A stretch of 63,877 nucleotides of DNA, the filler included, from Octopus bimaculoides (Eukaryota): NCBI RefSeq assembly GCF_001194135.2. It is 7 parts of 7 records of this genome, joined end to end, with 100 filler letters (N's around TTAATTAATTAA, not from the genome) between each part and the next. Parts side by side here need not be neighbours in the genome. Positions count along the whole stretch, not along the records: positions 1 to 9,875 come from NC_069000.1; positions 9,976 to 32,543 come from NC_068995.1; 5 more parts are not named here. One strand, written 5' to 3'. Shown piece after piece: positions 1-11,290 of the stretch. Made by a program: the position numbers and the translations under genes. The notes below the pieces were generated by a model that searched no databases, was not told the DNA's origin, and saw only the letters and a program-made list of their open reading frames with translations. Every line of letters begins with the position of its first letter. Positions within the stretch are counted from its first letter, which is position 1.

Positions 1-689
1 ATATATATATATATATATATAACTACGCAGTTTTAACGCGAGGTTATAACACATGCGTATGTATATACGTATGTCCGTGTGTGTGTGTTTATGTATGTGT
101 GTTTATGCATATACGGATGTATGTAATGTATGTATATCTTCATATATATTTACTCCTATATGTTTGTATGTGTACTTGTATGCATACAAATGTATACATA
201 ACACATGCACATACATAAACACACAAACACACACACACACACACGTATATATATATATGTACGTCCGTATGTATGTATGTATGTATGTATGTATGTACAC
301 ATATACATGCAAGTATATATAGATGGATACATATAGGGAGATATATAGTTCATATACATATAAAAAGACATTATCAACGAGGATAAAATCTTAATTAATC
401 CATTTACCATCTTTCACAATATTTCCGATGCTACGTTGTTTAAGAACCTTCTTTTTTTTATATATGCTACTGCATCAAATTGAACCTCGCGTATACATCC
501 TTGTCATTAATAAAAATGTTTAAATGGCACGAAGTTGTAGAACTGATCCTAAAGCCTTCCATTATCGCATTCATCATCTTGAGAACTTGTTCAAAAAAAA
601 ATAAATAACAACACTGATCGCAGATGAAGGCTTTCGTTCTAAAATTCTGGATTTGAACAAACAAGATATTACGATGGACAAAGGAGATT

Positions 690-697
690 ATTGTTAC

Positions 698-749
<52 letters not shown>

Positions 750-765
750 GTTATTGTTATTATTA

Positions 766-797
<32 letters not shown>

Positions 798-975
798 GTT
801 ATTATTATTGTTATTGTTATTATTATTATTATTATTATTGTTATTGTTATTATTATTATTATTATTATTGTTATTTTTATTGTTATTATTATTATTATTG
901 CTGTTATTATTAGTAGTAGTAGTATTGTTATTGTCGTTATTATTATTATTGTTGTTGTTGTTGTTGTTGTTATCA
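690..975. repeat. Compound (TTA)n/(TTG)n trinucleotide microsatellite
   Basis: Directly visible; accounts for the poly-Y/L/I ORFs in the ORF track. Confidence 0.97.
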
Positions 976-1418
976 TCATTAGTGTGTTGTTTTTGTTGTT
1001 GTAGATTCTCAATGAATAGACATAAAAATAGGGCTAAATTTACATAGTTAATCTGGGTGCTAACAATGTGTATGAGAAAGAAGAAATATTAATTGAATTT
1101 ATTTCTAACGGAAGAGAACAAACCCATACTTTAATAACTAAATTTGATTAAGAAAGGCGGAAGAGACAACCCGAGAAATTTTTAATTAATTAACTTAGAG
1201 ACAAACATAGAGTAGAGAATAAATCTGATATTTTTAATGCTTGTGCGTTTGTCTCTGTGCATTTTTTTTTTTTATCACGTGCTTCCATTTGTCGAATAAC
1301 ATTTCCTGAAGAAGACCAAAGACAGGGATTGAAATAGAAACAACGGTTTATATGGTTGTCTGTTGAAGAAGATCGTTTTCCGAAATCTAGGTTTCGTGCA
1401 TGATAATTAATATGCAAC

Positions 1419-1512
1419 AGACTTAAAAAGAATAAGTCCTGGTGTCGATTTATTCGACCAAAGGCGATGCTTTAGCATGTCCACAGTCAAATGACTGACC
1501 GACGTAAAAGAA
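1419..1512 (+). mobile_element. SINE family A, 3' fragment
   Basis: aataagtcctggtgtcgatttattcgacc...cagtcaaatgactga matches the 3' end of the full copy at 34584-35028. Confidence 0.8.
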
Positions 1513-1728
1513 TATATGTGTGTNNNNNNNNNNNNNNNNNNNNNNNNNNNNNNNNNNNNNNNNNNNNNNNNNNNNNNNNNNNNNNNNNNNNNNNNNNNNN
1601 NNNNGGTACATAAATATCTCGCATCCATTTCTTGGTACGTTTATCTTAGCCTTTTTGATGTGACTTTACTCTGTGCTGTTCTTGTTCCCCATCCTTCACT
1701 AATTCCTTTTTTCTCCCCTTCTCCGTTT

Positions 1729-1766
<38 letters not shown>

Positions 1767-2385
1767 TCTCTCTCTCTCTCTCTCTCTTCCCTCTTTCTCT
1801 TTTCTCTTTCTCTCTCTCATTGCTCAAAGGTGACCATCGTCCATCTTTCTTTGCCTGCACGCCGTCCTAAAGACTGGACGTTTATATCATTAATACTCTG
1901 CGGTTCGCTGAACGTCATAAACATGTTATTTCAGGCAATGTGTACGCATTGCTTGAAATGTGTGCGCATTAACTGTGTACGCATTAACCGAATCGGATTT
2001 TGCACTAGTTCAGGAATTGCAACGTTGTCTGCGATTCTCATGTGATATGAAGCGTAGGAACGTAAGAATTTCGTTGGTTCATCCACTAAACCATCTCTAA
2101 ATGTTAATTTGTTTGACAAACTTATCTGGAATAGCATTAATATTGTCGGTATGATAACCGGCGGGTGTACGACAGATAATCAAGAGGATTTGTTCACTTA
2201 TCTCTCTTTAAATTCGTGCCTTATATATAATGCTTTAGTAATGAAATAGTAATCGTTAACGTCACAGTTAATTACCATATATGTTTATAAATATATATAT
2301 AGGGAGAATTCACAAAAAAACAGAGGAAGACAGGTGGTGTTGAAAATAAATAAATGTATTAGTATAACCCTCGGGAATTGAGAAA

Positions 2386-2424
2386 GTCTTTAACGTTTCG
2401 AGCCTACGCTCTTCTACAAAAAGG
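2386..2424 (-). ncRNA. Degenerate or variant minimal type-I hammerhead ribozyme fold within a small interspersed repeat (~2300-2465)
   Basis: Reverse strand reads CCTTT-TTGTAGA-A-GAG-CGTAGG-CTC-GAAA-CGT-T-AAAG: helix I CTTT/AAAG, helix II GAG/CTC, palindromic helix III ACGT. Core differs from CUGANGA at positions 3 and 6. Confidence 0.45.
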
Positions 2425-2467
2425 AACACGAAAAAAAACAAGGAGAGAAACAAGGACAGAAACAAGG

Positions 2468-2717
2468 AGACGTAAACACACCAACATCGGTTGTCAAGCG
2501 ATGGTGGGGGACAAACACAGACATACACACACATACATATATACATATATATACATATACGACGGTCTTCTTTCAGTTTCCGTCTCCCAAATCCATTCAC
2601 AAGGATTTGGTCGGCCCGCGGCTACAATAGAAGACATTTGCACAAGGTTCCATGCAGTGGGACTGATTCCAGAGACATGTGCTTGGTACGCAAGCTACTT
2701 ACCAGACAGCCACTCCT
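2468..2717 (-). mobile_element. SINE family A, 5' two-thirds (tRNA-derived head, internal microsatellite)
   Basis: Reverse complement aligns with 34584-34870 (ggagtggctg...ggcaccttg(t)gcaa...gaaactgaaagaag...cgcttgacaaccgatg). Confidence 0.85.
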
Positions 2718-2749
2718 AATCCAGATGATGAAGGGAAAGCAAAATGTCG

Positions 2750-3010
2750 TGGCTTAGCGTTTCAGGCGCTTCACTCATGATCGTAAAGTCGTCGTTTCGA
2801 TTCACGGACCAGGCAATGTGTGATGTTTTCGAGCAAAATACATCATTTCACACTGCTGCAGTTCGCGTAGCTGTAAATAGGTTCCAGTAATAATTGAGAA
2901 GTTAAACCTGCGACAGATCGGCGTTCCACTCAGGTGTGAGTGAGCGTTATAATCTCATTTATTTATACGCCATGGAAACCGAGTGATACTCTGCGTTTAT
3001 GAGTGCTAGG
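2750..3010 (+). mobile_element. Old tRNA-derived SINE related to family B
   Basis: A-box-like gtggcttagcg and B-box-like gtttcgattca, followed by gttttcgagcaaaatacatcatttcacactgct, similar to the reverse of 34060-34130. Confidence 0.55.
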
Positions 3011-3110
3011 GTTCATGAAATACCTAAGTGAACCCCGAGAAGCAGAGTAATATACATAACAATCTGCATTTTACAAAAATTTATTACAACGGTTGTAATA
3101 ATAAATCAAA

Positions 3111-3420
3111 TTATGATTCGTTAAATGGTAATTCTAAGCACAGTAATGTAGTCTGTAAGTATACTGTAACAGATTTTGTAGTATTGGTATTCAACGAAAT
3201 AATAATAGAAACTTCCAAAATGATGATTCGTTAAATGGTAATTCTAAGCACAGTAATGTAGTTTGTAACAGATTTTGTAGTATTGGTATTCAACGAAATA
3301 ATAATAGAAACTTCCAAAATTATGATTCGTTAAATGGTAATTCTAAGCACAGTAATGTAGTTTGTAACAGATTTTGTAGTATTGGTATTCAACGAAATAA
3401 TAATAGAAACTTCCAAAATT
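3111..3420. repeat. Three near-identical tandem copies of a 99-bp unit (first copy 110 bp)
   Basis: Units start at 3111, 3221 and 3320 (t(t/g)atgattcgttaaatggtaattctaagcacag...gaaacttccaaaa). Copy 1 has an 11-bp insertion. Confidence 0.95.
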
Positions 3421-3877
3421 AGATACGATAAATTATACAAGATTTCATTTCTGATAAATAAAAAAAAATAGAAACATCCTCCCACATAACATGAACGCCA
3501 TAATAATATATATGGAATTCAGAATCAAGACATTAGAGAAGGAAATAACAAAATATTATTGTCTCAAACAAAATTTTTGTTGAGGTCACAACCCGAAAAA
3601 ACTGACGGTAAAACACTGTTCAAAATCATAAGTAGTATTCATAATTCTGACAACGCCCATGATATACCATATGTCCCAATACCTTCAAGCAATGTATAAC
3701 GTGCTCACACTTCAATAGCAAACGGAATTATCAAAAGTAAAACAAAGCGTGTCCAGAATCAATCACCAAAACCCACATACAGAAATGAGAGTTACAATAG
3801 ACCACATAAATATTTTCAAACTAGGCTTGATCTATTCCATCAAATACCTGGGGAGCAAAATGTAAATACACAACTCA

Positions 3878-3880
<3 letters not shown>

Positions 3881-3968
<88 letters not shown>
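3881..3968. repeat. (GATA)n microsatellite
   Basis: Directly visible. Confidence 0.97.
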
Positions 3969-3969
<1 letters not shown>

Positions 3970-5182
3970 GTAATTATATGAAAGCGTTCAGATACATCTG
4001 CAACACGTCAGAATATTATCATTTAAGATCAGGCTAAGAAAACTATCCATCCCATTCACATACACACAAAAATGTTTTCTAACTATCCACAAACACTTTG
4101 CTGCAATAAATGCCAACAGAGATTAGATCCCAGGAACAACTGCTCTGGCGTTCTAACTGAAAAGACTTTCACTGAAGCCACCAACAGAGCCTACATGCAT
4201 TCAAGAACAAGCTGAACAGCAGGGCTAGCTTGAGCAAGTCCTGACGGCTACACTGAGTTACAAATGTAACTAGGCAGAATATCTGAAGCACTGAACATGC
4301 ACAATAGATCAACGGAGCTAATCTAATGCTACGCAGTGCAAATACGTTGAGTTATCATTTCTTTATATGACAAATAAGATATGAATTTGTGATATTTTTC
4401 TTCTGGCTGAACACCTAACATCCAAAAGGCGTTGGTCTACCGACAATTAGACATTAATACATGTAATGTGATTTGTTTTAAAACACATGGCTTTCCTCGG
4501 TGTTCAATTATAGTAAAGGAGGTAATCTTGTTTTAGATCAAACATGGCGCGATCAGAAGTTTGAATTTTAAACCGAAGAAAAAGAGAAACAACAAAACAA
4601 GAAAGCAACTACATAGAATATACGTATTTAATTTCTTTGTATTGTTTCAGGTTTTTTTTCTTGCTTTTTTTTAATTTTTGCTTTGCTTTTTTATTACCGA
4701 GATCTTCAAATTTCTAGTCATAGGTAATCGTGTATAACGCAATTTCATTCTTATCAGAAATCTTCAGCATAATATAACCCGAAGCAAATAAATTAAACGA
4801 AATTAAACATTTTAGGAAGAAAAACAAATTAGTTTTGAAAAAGTCTCATGAAATCTGTTTTATATATTTCTTCATGTTTCCTTCGTCTTTCGTCATAGAT
4901 CGTTCATAGTTCGGTAAACAAAGTAAAACTTCATATTTTGTTGTATCAACGGGGTAATGTAATCTTTACAGCAATTACTTAGTTTGATTTATGCTAACAG
5001 AGTTTGCTTTCGCTTCTGATATTAAATTAAAATTTACAAAAGAATGATATTTACTTTGTTTACATTAAAATTGGATATTAATTGATTATATAGAGAACAG
5101 GAAAAAGACGAAATCGCTTGCTATCTGACTGGTTTTGTTCTAGTCCATTTAATGTATATATGCATGCGTATGTATGTATATG

Positions 5183-5236
<54 letters not shown>

Positions 5237-5848
5237 TGCGTGTATGCATATCTATATATATTATAAAATATATATTTGTACGTATATGGTCATAAACATA
5301 TGTATATGTATAAATACATATATGTATGTATTTATATACGTATATTCATGCACACATACATACATACATACATACATACATACATACATACATACTTATA
5401 TATATATTTACATTTTTAGATGATATTTTTCAATGTGGCTTTATGTGACTTTTAAAAGATAGAGGCTTATAAAATAACCAAATATAAAATGAAAACAGAG
5501 AAAACATTGAAATGATTTTTAGACATTTATAAGAAACATGAAATAAATAAACGAGGAAATAACTATAATATACAACAACGTATAAATATAAGAATATGAA
5601 TATGAAATGTGAGCGTGCCTCAGTTGTAAAGAAACTGCTCAGCGGTGGTTGTTATGATATTTCAGCCATTGCTATTGTGACACAGGGAGTTGTAGTTCTG
5701 TGTGAGGCATACAGTTGTATAGAGGTTATGTACCTTCGGCTATTTGGGTCTAACGAGTCGCCAATACTGCTAAGCGCCTTATGGGTGCGAAACCAATGGT
5801 CGCTCTATGATCGGTCATAACGTTTAACTTCCTATATGGGAATGCAGT

Positions 5849-6068
5849 ATAATTCTTTCTGTTAAGAGCACAAGGCCTGAAATTTTATGTGAAGTGGTTA
5901 TTCGATTACATCGAATCCCAGTGCCCAACTGGTACTTATTTTATCGACCCCGAAAAAGGAAAAGGTGACGTCGACTTCAACGGAATTTGAAATCAGATCG
6001 TAAAGCCAGTTGTACTGCCGCTAAGCATTTAGCTCGATCTACTAACGATTATGCTAGTTCGCCACCTT
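5849..6068 (-). mobile_element. SINE family C (tRNA-derived, (TTA)n-tailed)
   Basis: Reverse complement aligns with the copy at 46684-46900 (ggtggcgaact...caaattccg...ggggtcgataaaataagtaccag...ggccttgtgc). Confidence 0.85.
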
Positions 6069-6093
6069 TAGCTACTTTGTCATAATACGTGTA

Positions 6094-6478
6094 GTGGAGG
6101 TGCAATGGCCCAGTGGTTAGGGCAGCGGACTCGCGGTCATAGGATCGTGGTTTCGATTCCCAGACCGGGCGTTGTGAGTGTTTATTGAGCGAAAACACCT
6201 AAAGCTCCACGAGGCTCCAGCAGGGGATGGTGGCGAACCCTGCTGTACTCTTTCACCACAACTTTCTCTCACTCTTACTTCCTGTTTCTGTTGTACCTGT
6301 AATTCAAAGGGTCAGCCTTGTCACACTTTGTGTCACGCGGAATATCCCCCGAGAACTACGTTAAGGGTACACGTGTCTGTAGAGTGTTCAGCCACTTGCA
6401 CATTAATTTCACGAGCAGACTGTTCCGTTGATCGGATCAACTGGAACCCTCGTCGTCGTAAGCGACCGAGTGCCAACA
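6094..6478 (+). mobile_element. SINE family B, near full length
   Basis: tRNA-like head with A-box tggcccagtgg (6106-6116) and B-box ggtttcgattcc (6149-6160). The body (caaagggtcagccttgtcacact...) recurs inverted at ~34000-34050. No tRNA 3' acceptor stem. Confidence 0.85.
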
Positions 6479-7353
6479 TAATACGTGTGTATGTACGTTT
6501 ATGTGTGGAGAGAGAAAAAGAAAGAAGGTGTACGGGAAAAGAGAAAGTGTGATTAAAGAACGACAGAGAGAAGAGACAAGCAAGAACGGGAAACAGATTA
6601 GAGCTTTATGTTGTCCACTTTACAAACATTTTTATTTATATTGGAAAAGAACGTAAGGAATAAAATTTATACGATTTTGAAACTTTTTAGGAAGAAACTT
6701 GTGTGGTACAATTAATCATTGTAATTAATTCTTACTAAATCATTCAGTCTACGTTGTTAGATTACTTTCAACACTAATGAAATAAGGTTTCATTTCATTG
6801 AATATATAATATCCGGTTTAATTTAAATTTGTTTCGGAAATGAAGGATGCCGTTTTAAACACCAAATACAGACTGCAATATATTTAATTAAATTTCTATG
6901 AAAGTTTTATTGGAATTTACCAAAGCGCTTTTCCGTTGTTACTTTTGTTGCCATGGAGATACTGCGCAAATTTCAGAACTGTCTACATGAGAGGCCATGA
7001 CTAGCGAAGTTGGTGGTAATTAATTTTGTAATTAGTTAATTTCTGTAGATGAGTGACGAAATTCATTCCGGATAAGACTCCACGTCTATGGAAGTGTTAT
7101 GCCTCCAACTGCAATATAGTTAGTCTATCCTCCAATCTGAGATATTGACCAACTTTACGAGGATTCAAATATGTTGGACTGTCAGATAAATTCGCTCGTT
7201 TTTGTTTTGTTTTGTTGTTTTTTTTTTCAAATGTTATTTGAATTAACACAAAACAATATTTTTATTATAAAGCAGTTGCATACTGTCAACTTAATGTGAC
7301 AGTCCCAATAAGGGAATCATACTGCTGCTATTTAGCCCTAGGAAGCTGGACCG

Positions 7354-7445
<92 letters not shown>

Positions 7446-8076
7446 AATAACAATAAATGGAGCAAAACGCATATAAATAAAAGTTCCTTTAATTCCTATA
7501 CATGTTCCAAAATATATGTGTGCTCTCCCCCAAAGAAGTAAGAGCTGCGAATTCCACATATATTCATCTTCACGGAATCAATATATAAAAGCAAGACAAA
7601 TGCGAAATAATGAGGTAACTTACGAGCTATAATATTACATGTCCAAGTAAGTGACCGTTAGAAGTATATGTATGTATATATATATATAGGATGTTAACTA
7701 TATGGACGGTCATAGACTGACCAATGGTTTTGCATTTATAAAGAGCTTAGACTTATAAACGGCTGGTCAGTTTCCAAACTCTGAGTGCATTACGGATGCG
7801 AAGACATTTCTCACTCTTATTGGCCATATAATTAACTTCCTGTAAATACATTACTGCTCTCGTGATTAAAGTGTGTTTCTTTTTCGGATATATGATCCAC
7901 TGACGATATGGTAGCTGTCTATTCCATATGCAGAGTTTGAGCACCTCTTGTGCCTAATTCTTAGATCCATCATGGCGTCTGATGAGGCTTTTTAAACCAC
8001 TCACGATATACATACATACATACGGATAGTGTGAGAGAGATGGCGAGTGAGTGATATTGCAATTTATAAATCGTAA

Positions 8077-8145
<69 letters not shown>

Positions 8146-8763
8146 CTCTCACCTAAACGTTTTGTTTTGCCTTCGTTTCAGCAGAGATTGGCAAAGATTG
8201 AAACTATATGGAAAAGATGTAGATGGTTGTTCGAAAACGAAAGCACGAGAACGAAAGCAAAGAGATATTCAAAATGAATGTTTGAAATAACATAAGAGTT
8301 ATTTTAATCTTTCGTTTGATGTTTCAAAATTCCAGGGAATGGAATGCACAAAAATAGAATAGGAAAGATTGAAAGCAGTATAACATAACGATTGAATCTG
8401 AGAATTGGCAAATATACAAACAGCCTGCTTTAGTGACAATACGTTTTGGCGCTGGAGGCAAACATACTCACGTTTACAGACACACGCACGTTCAAATATG
8501 TGCACATACAACTAGAATAGAAAACGTACGAGAAAGAGGGGGAGAGATACATTATAATTTATAAATGAAATACGATTAACATAAACAGTGTCCCTCTCTT
8601 CGTGTACGTAGATAGAAATATCCTTCCACACATAGAGAGAGGGGGAAGAGAGAGAGAGGGGGGAAGAGAGAGAGATGCATTACAGTTTATTCATTAAACA
8701 TGATTGATATAAACACTTTTTTCTCTCCTCATAAAGAGATACATGCGCACACATATAAACAGG

Positions 8764-8813
<50 letters not shown>

Positions 8814-8893
8814 GAGCGAAGCATTAAAACGAGAGAAACATTAATACATCTAATGTCAAATAAAATAGCGTCGAATCAGAGTCACCAAGTAAT

Positions 8894-9000
8894 GACAACC
8901 GGTGTTGGTTTGTTTATACACCCGAAATTTTGGCAAAAGAGTCTGATAGAATAAGTATCAAGCTTTTAAAAATAATGACTGATGCCGATTCGGTCGACCC
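8894..9000 (+). mobile_element. Old SINE family A 3' fragment
   Basis: gacaaccggtgttggtttgtttat...aaaagagtctgatagaataagta resembles 34846-34935. Confidence 0.6.
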
Positions 9001-9170
9001 TTCAGTTTGGTGTCGGTTTGTTTACGGTGTTGGGATAGTGGTGGGTGGGGGCAGAACTACTGTGACAAACCGTGTCTTAACCACTAATTGTTGCTGATGC
9101 AACCCTACATTTTGCATTAAATGCTTTTACGAAATTTTTAGTTGAAGGGAAATAAAGTGATATGAAATTA

Positions 9171-9535
9171 GAACGTATTAAAGTTTCTTTGCTTGTCCAA
9201 AGGATTTTCGCAAATTTGTTTGTCCTAAACGTCCTTGATTGTTCCAAAACTTCTAGATTGCTCTCGTTTCATGCATTCTGAGTAATGCAAAGCTCTCTGT
9301 CATATGTCTCAAATGACTCTGGTAGTTGAAAAATCGTCTAACGTTCGGTGAAGAGCGAGACTCGAAACGATGACTGGTATGTTTCTTCTTCGTGCATTAG
9401 AATCTAACAGAACGCATTAAAGTTTCTTTGGCTGTCCAAAGGATTTTCGAAAATTTGTTTGTCCTAAACGTCCATGATTGTTCTCAGACTTCTAACTTGC
9501 CCTCGTTTCATGCATTCTCTTTCATATGTCTCAAA
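9171..9535. repeat. 1.5-unit direct repeat, period 239 bp
   Basis: 9171-9314 is repeated, diverged, at 9410-9535 (gaacg(t/c)attaaagtttctttg...catatgtctcaaat). Confidence 0.9.
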
Positions 9536-9700
9536 TTAATCGTGTAGCAGAAAAAAAACAATTGAAAGCAGGTAACATATATGATGCACGGAAATATGTC
9601 CCGTCCGCCACATGTAATACACAGGCAAGGGAAGTGCTGAAAATAAATATGCAGGTCATCGTATACATGTTCAGCTGTATACGATATATATATATATCGG

Positions 9701-9746
<46 letters not shown>

Positions 9747-9795
9747 ATTAAATCAAGGATATAAATTCCCTCCTAAAGGGATATCTGTATGCAAG

Positions 9796-9875
9796 TTCGC
9801 CGGTTTAATCCTGCGCCAGTGAAAAGTCTATCTAAAATCTTTGGCTTTTCACTGGTGCAGGATAAAATCGGTGAA
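9796..9875 (+). ncRNA. Candidate pri/pre-miRNA hairpin (33-bp stem, 14-nt loop)
   Basis: Arms 9796-9828 and 9843-9875 form 28 Watson-Crick pairs, 4 G.U pairs and 1 A.A mismatch on the + strand. No known miRNA recognised. Confidence 0.4.
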
Positions 9876-9975
9876 NNNNNNNNNNNNNNNNNNNNNNNNN
9901 NNNNNNNNNNNNNNNNNNNTTAATTAATTAANNNNNNNNNNNNNNNNNNNNNNNNNNNNNNNNNNNNNNNNNNNN
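9876..9975. other. Artificial 100-bp scaffold join (44 N + TTAATTAATTAA + 44 N); the same spacer occurs at 32588, 51275, 57684, 60097 and 61976
   Basis: Identical 12-mer centred in fixed-length N runs; contains stops in all six frames. Confidence 0.9.
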
Positions 9976-10160
9976 GGTCCTGTGCTTTGTATTGCAGTGA
10001 AATTTCATTTTTTAAGAATAAAAAATATTCCTAAAAAAATTATCTTCGTTAAAAGACCGCTTCCTTCAAATCTTCCACCGGTTCTTTTGGCTAATTCCAT
10101 CGATGTTATTGGATTAGATATGTTTTTGTATAGGGAGCCCGGTGTAGCACATCCATGTTG

Positions 10161-10223
<63 letters not shown>

Positions 10224-10225
<2 letters not shown>

Positions 10226-10432
10226 GTCGGAGAGCTAAGAGAATTATAGCACTCGGGGCAGAATGGTTTGCGGCATTACGCCCGTTTTACTTTCTGAGAT
10301 CAAATTCCACCAAGGTTGAATTTAGCTCTCATTCTTTGAGGATGGATGAAATAAATACTTGTTAACTAGTGGAATCGATGTAACGACGTGTCCCCCACAT
10401 AAGAAGAAATGATGGGGTCTTGTGCCTACAAT
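10224..10432 (+). mobile_element. SINE family C, diverged, embedded in a (TTA)n array
   Basis: Aligns to 46684-46900; flanked by (TTA)n on both sides. Confidence 0.8.
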
Positions 10433-10542
10433 GATAATTATTATTATTGCTATTATTGTTATTATTATTATCATTATTATTATTGCTGTTGTTGTTGTTA
10501 TTGTTATTATTATTGCTATTGTTGTTGTTGTTGTTGTTGTTG

Positions 10543-10600
<58 letters not shown>

Positions 10601-10624
10601 CATTATTATTATTATTATTATCGT

Positions 10625-10945
10625 TGTTTCGGTCGTATTTGTTTGTTTGTTTGTTTGTTTGCTTGTCCGTGGATAAGATATCTTGGATGAAACTTTCAGG
10701 GATATTTGGCCTCGTGACTGGTACGAACTAATTAGATTTTGGGATCGATCCGGTACCGGACAAGGATTCTGGATTGTTTCCTTTTTTTTTTTTACTTTAC
10801 TTTTGATTTCAATTTTAGTTCTCTAGTTTGTGAGAGCAGTCGAATTTATTTCAGATGCTGTCATTTCAAACATCATCTCCGCCTAATCGTTAGTAGGACG
10901 TTCGTGTTGCCTTGGCGGAGGATTGCGTTCTCTGAGTGCTCTTGC
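10625..10945 (+). mobile_element. Non-autonomous Helentron-associated (HINE/DINE-1-like) element
   Basis: Internal (GTTT)n near the 5' end, subterminal ccttggcggagg motif, 3' hairpin GCGTTC-TCT-GAGTGC just before the end, inserted in T-rich repeats. Class assigned by architecture only. Confidence 0.5.
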
Positions 10946-11206
10946 TATTATTATTATCATTATTATTATTATTATAATTATTATTATTATTAGCACGGCA
11001 GATTACAAGAATATTAAGAACGTGAGGCAAATATATCATGGGATCAAATTAGCTCGGCTTTACATTGTATTTCACTTGTTATATTTCGAAAAGTAAACCA
11101 CGTGTCATTCACGGAGTGGAGTCAATGGTCTGCCATTAAAATTGCTGCCCTACTGCCCACATTAGAAACTTATATAATAATTGTTGTCATTGTTATTACA
11201 GTGATT

Positions 11207-11290
11207 ATGAATCTTCTCACCGTTGCAGTGGGACTTGCAGTTGTCCTTGGATATGTTAGTCCACTAACCGGGATGATACCAAGCAAAAAT
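11207..11290 (+). CDS. First coding exon of an unidentified, probably secreted protein (MNLLTVAVGLAVVLGYVSPLTGMIPSKN)
   Basis: Acceptor ttgtcattgttattacAG (11200-11201), ATG at 11207, 28 codons with a 13-residue hydrophobic core, then a consensus phase-0 donor GTGAGT at 11291. Not part of any repeat seen here. Confidence 0.55.

Noticed and set aside
53-1047. Many 60-400 aa ORFs rich in Y/I/L/H/T/C (and similar ones throughout, including those spanning Ns)
   Set aside because: Translations of microsatellites and gaps.
3500-3870. Possible LINE RT remnant (SIKYLG)
   Set aside because: A single short motif without the upstream RT motifs at the expected spacing.
6094-6170. tRNA-like A/B boxes (also in SINE A and C heads)
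   Set aside because: They continue into multi-copy SINE bodies and lack a complete cloverleaf; not tRNA genes.
9920-9931. TTAATTAATTAA recurring six times in the window
   Set aside because: Always centred in fixed 44+44 N runs, so it is an artificial six-frame-stop scaffold spacer, not biology. Adjacency across these joins is also uncertain.
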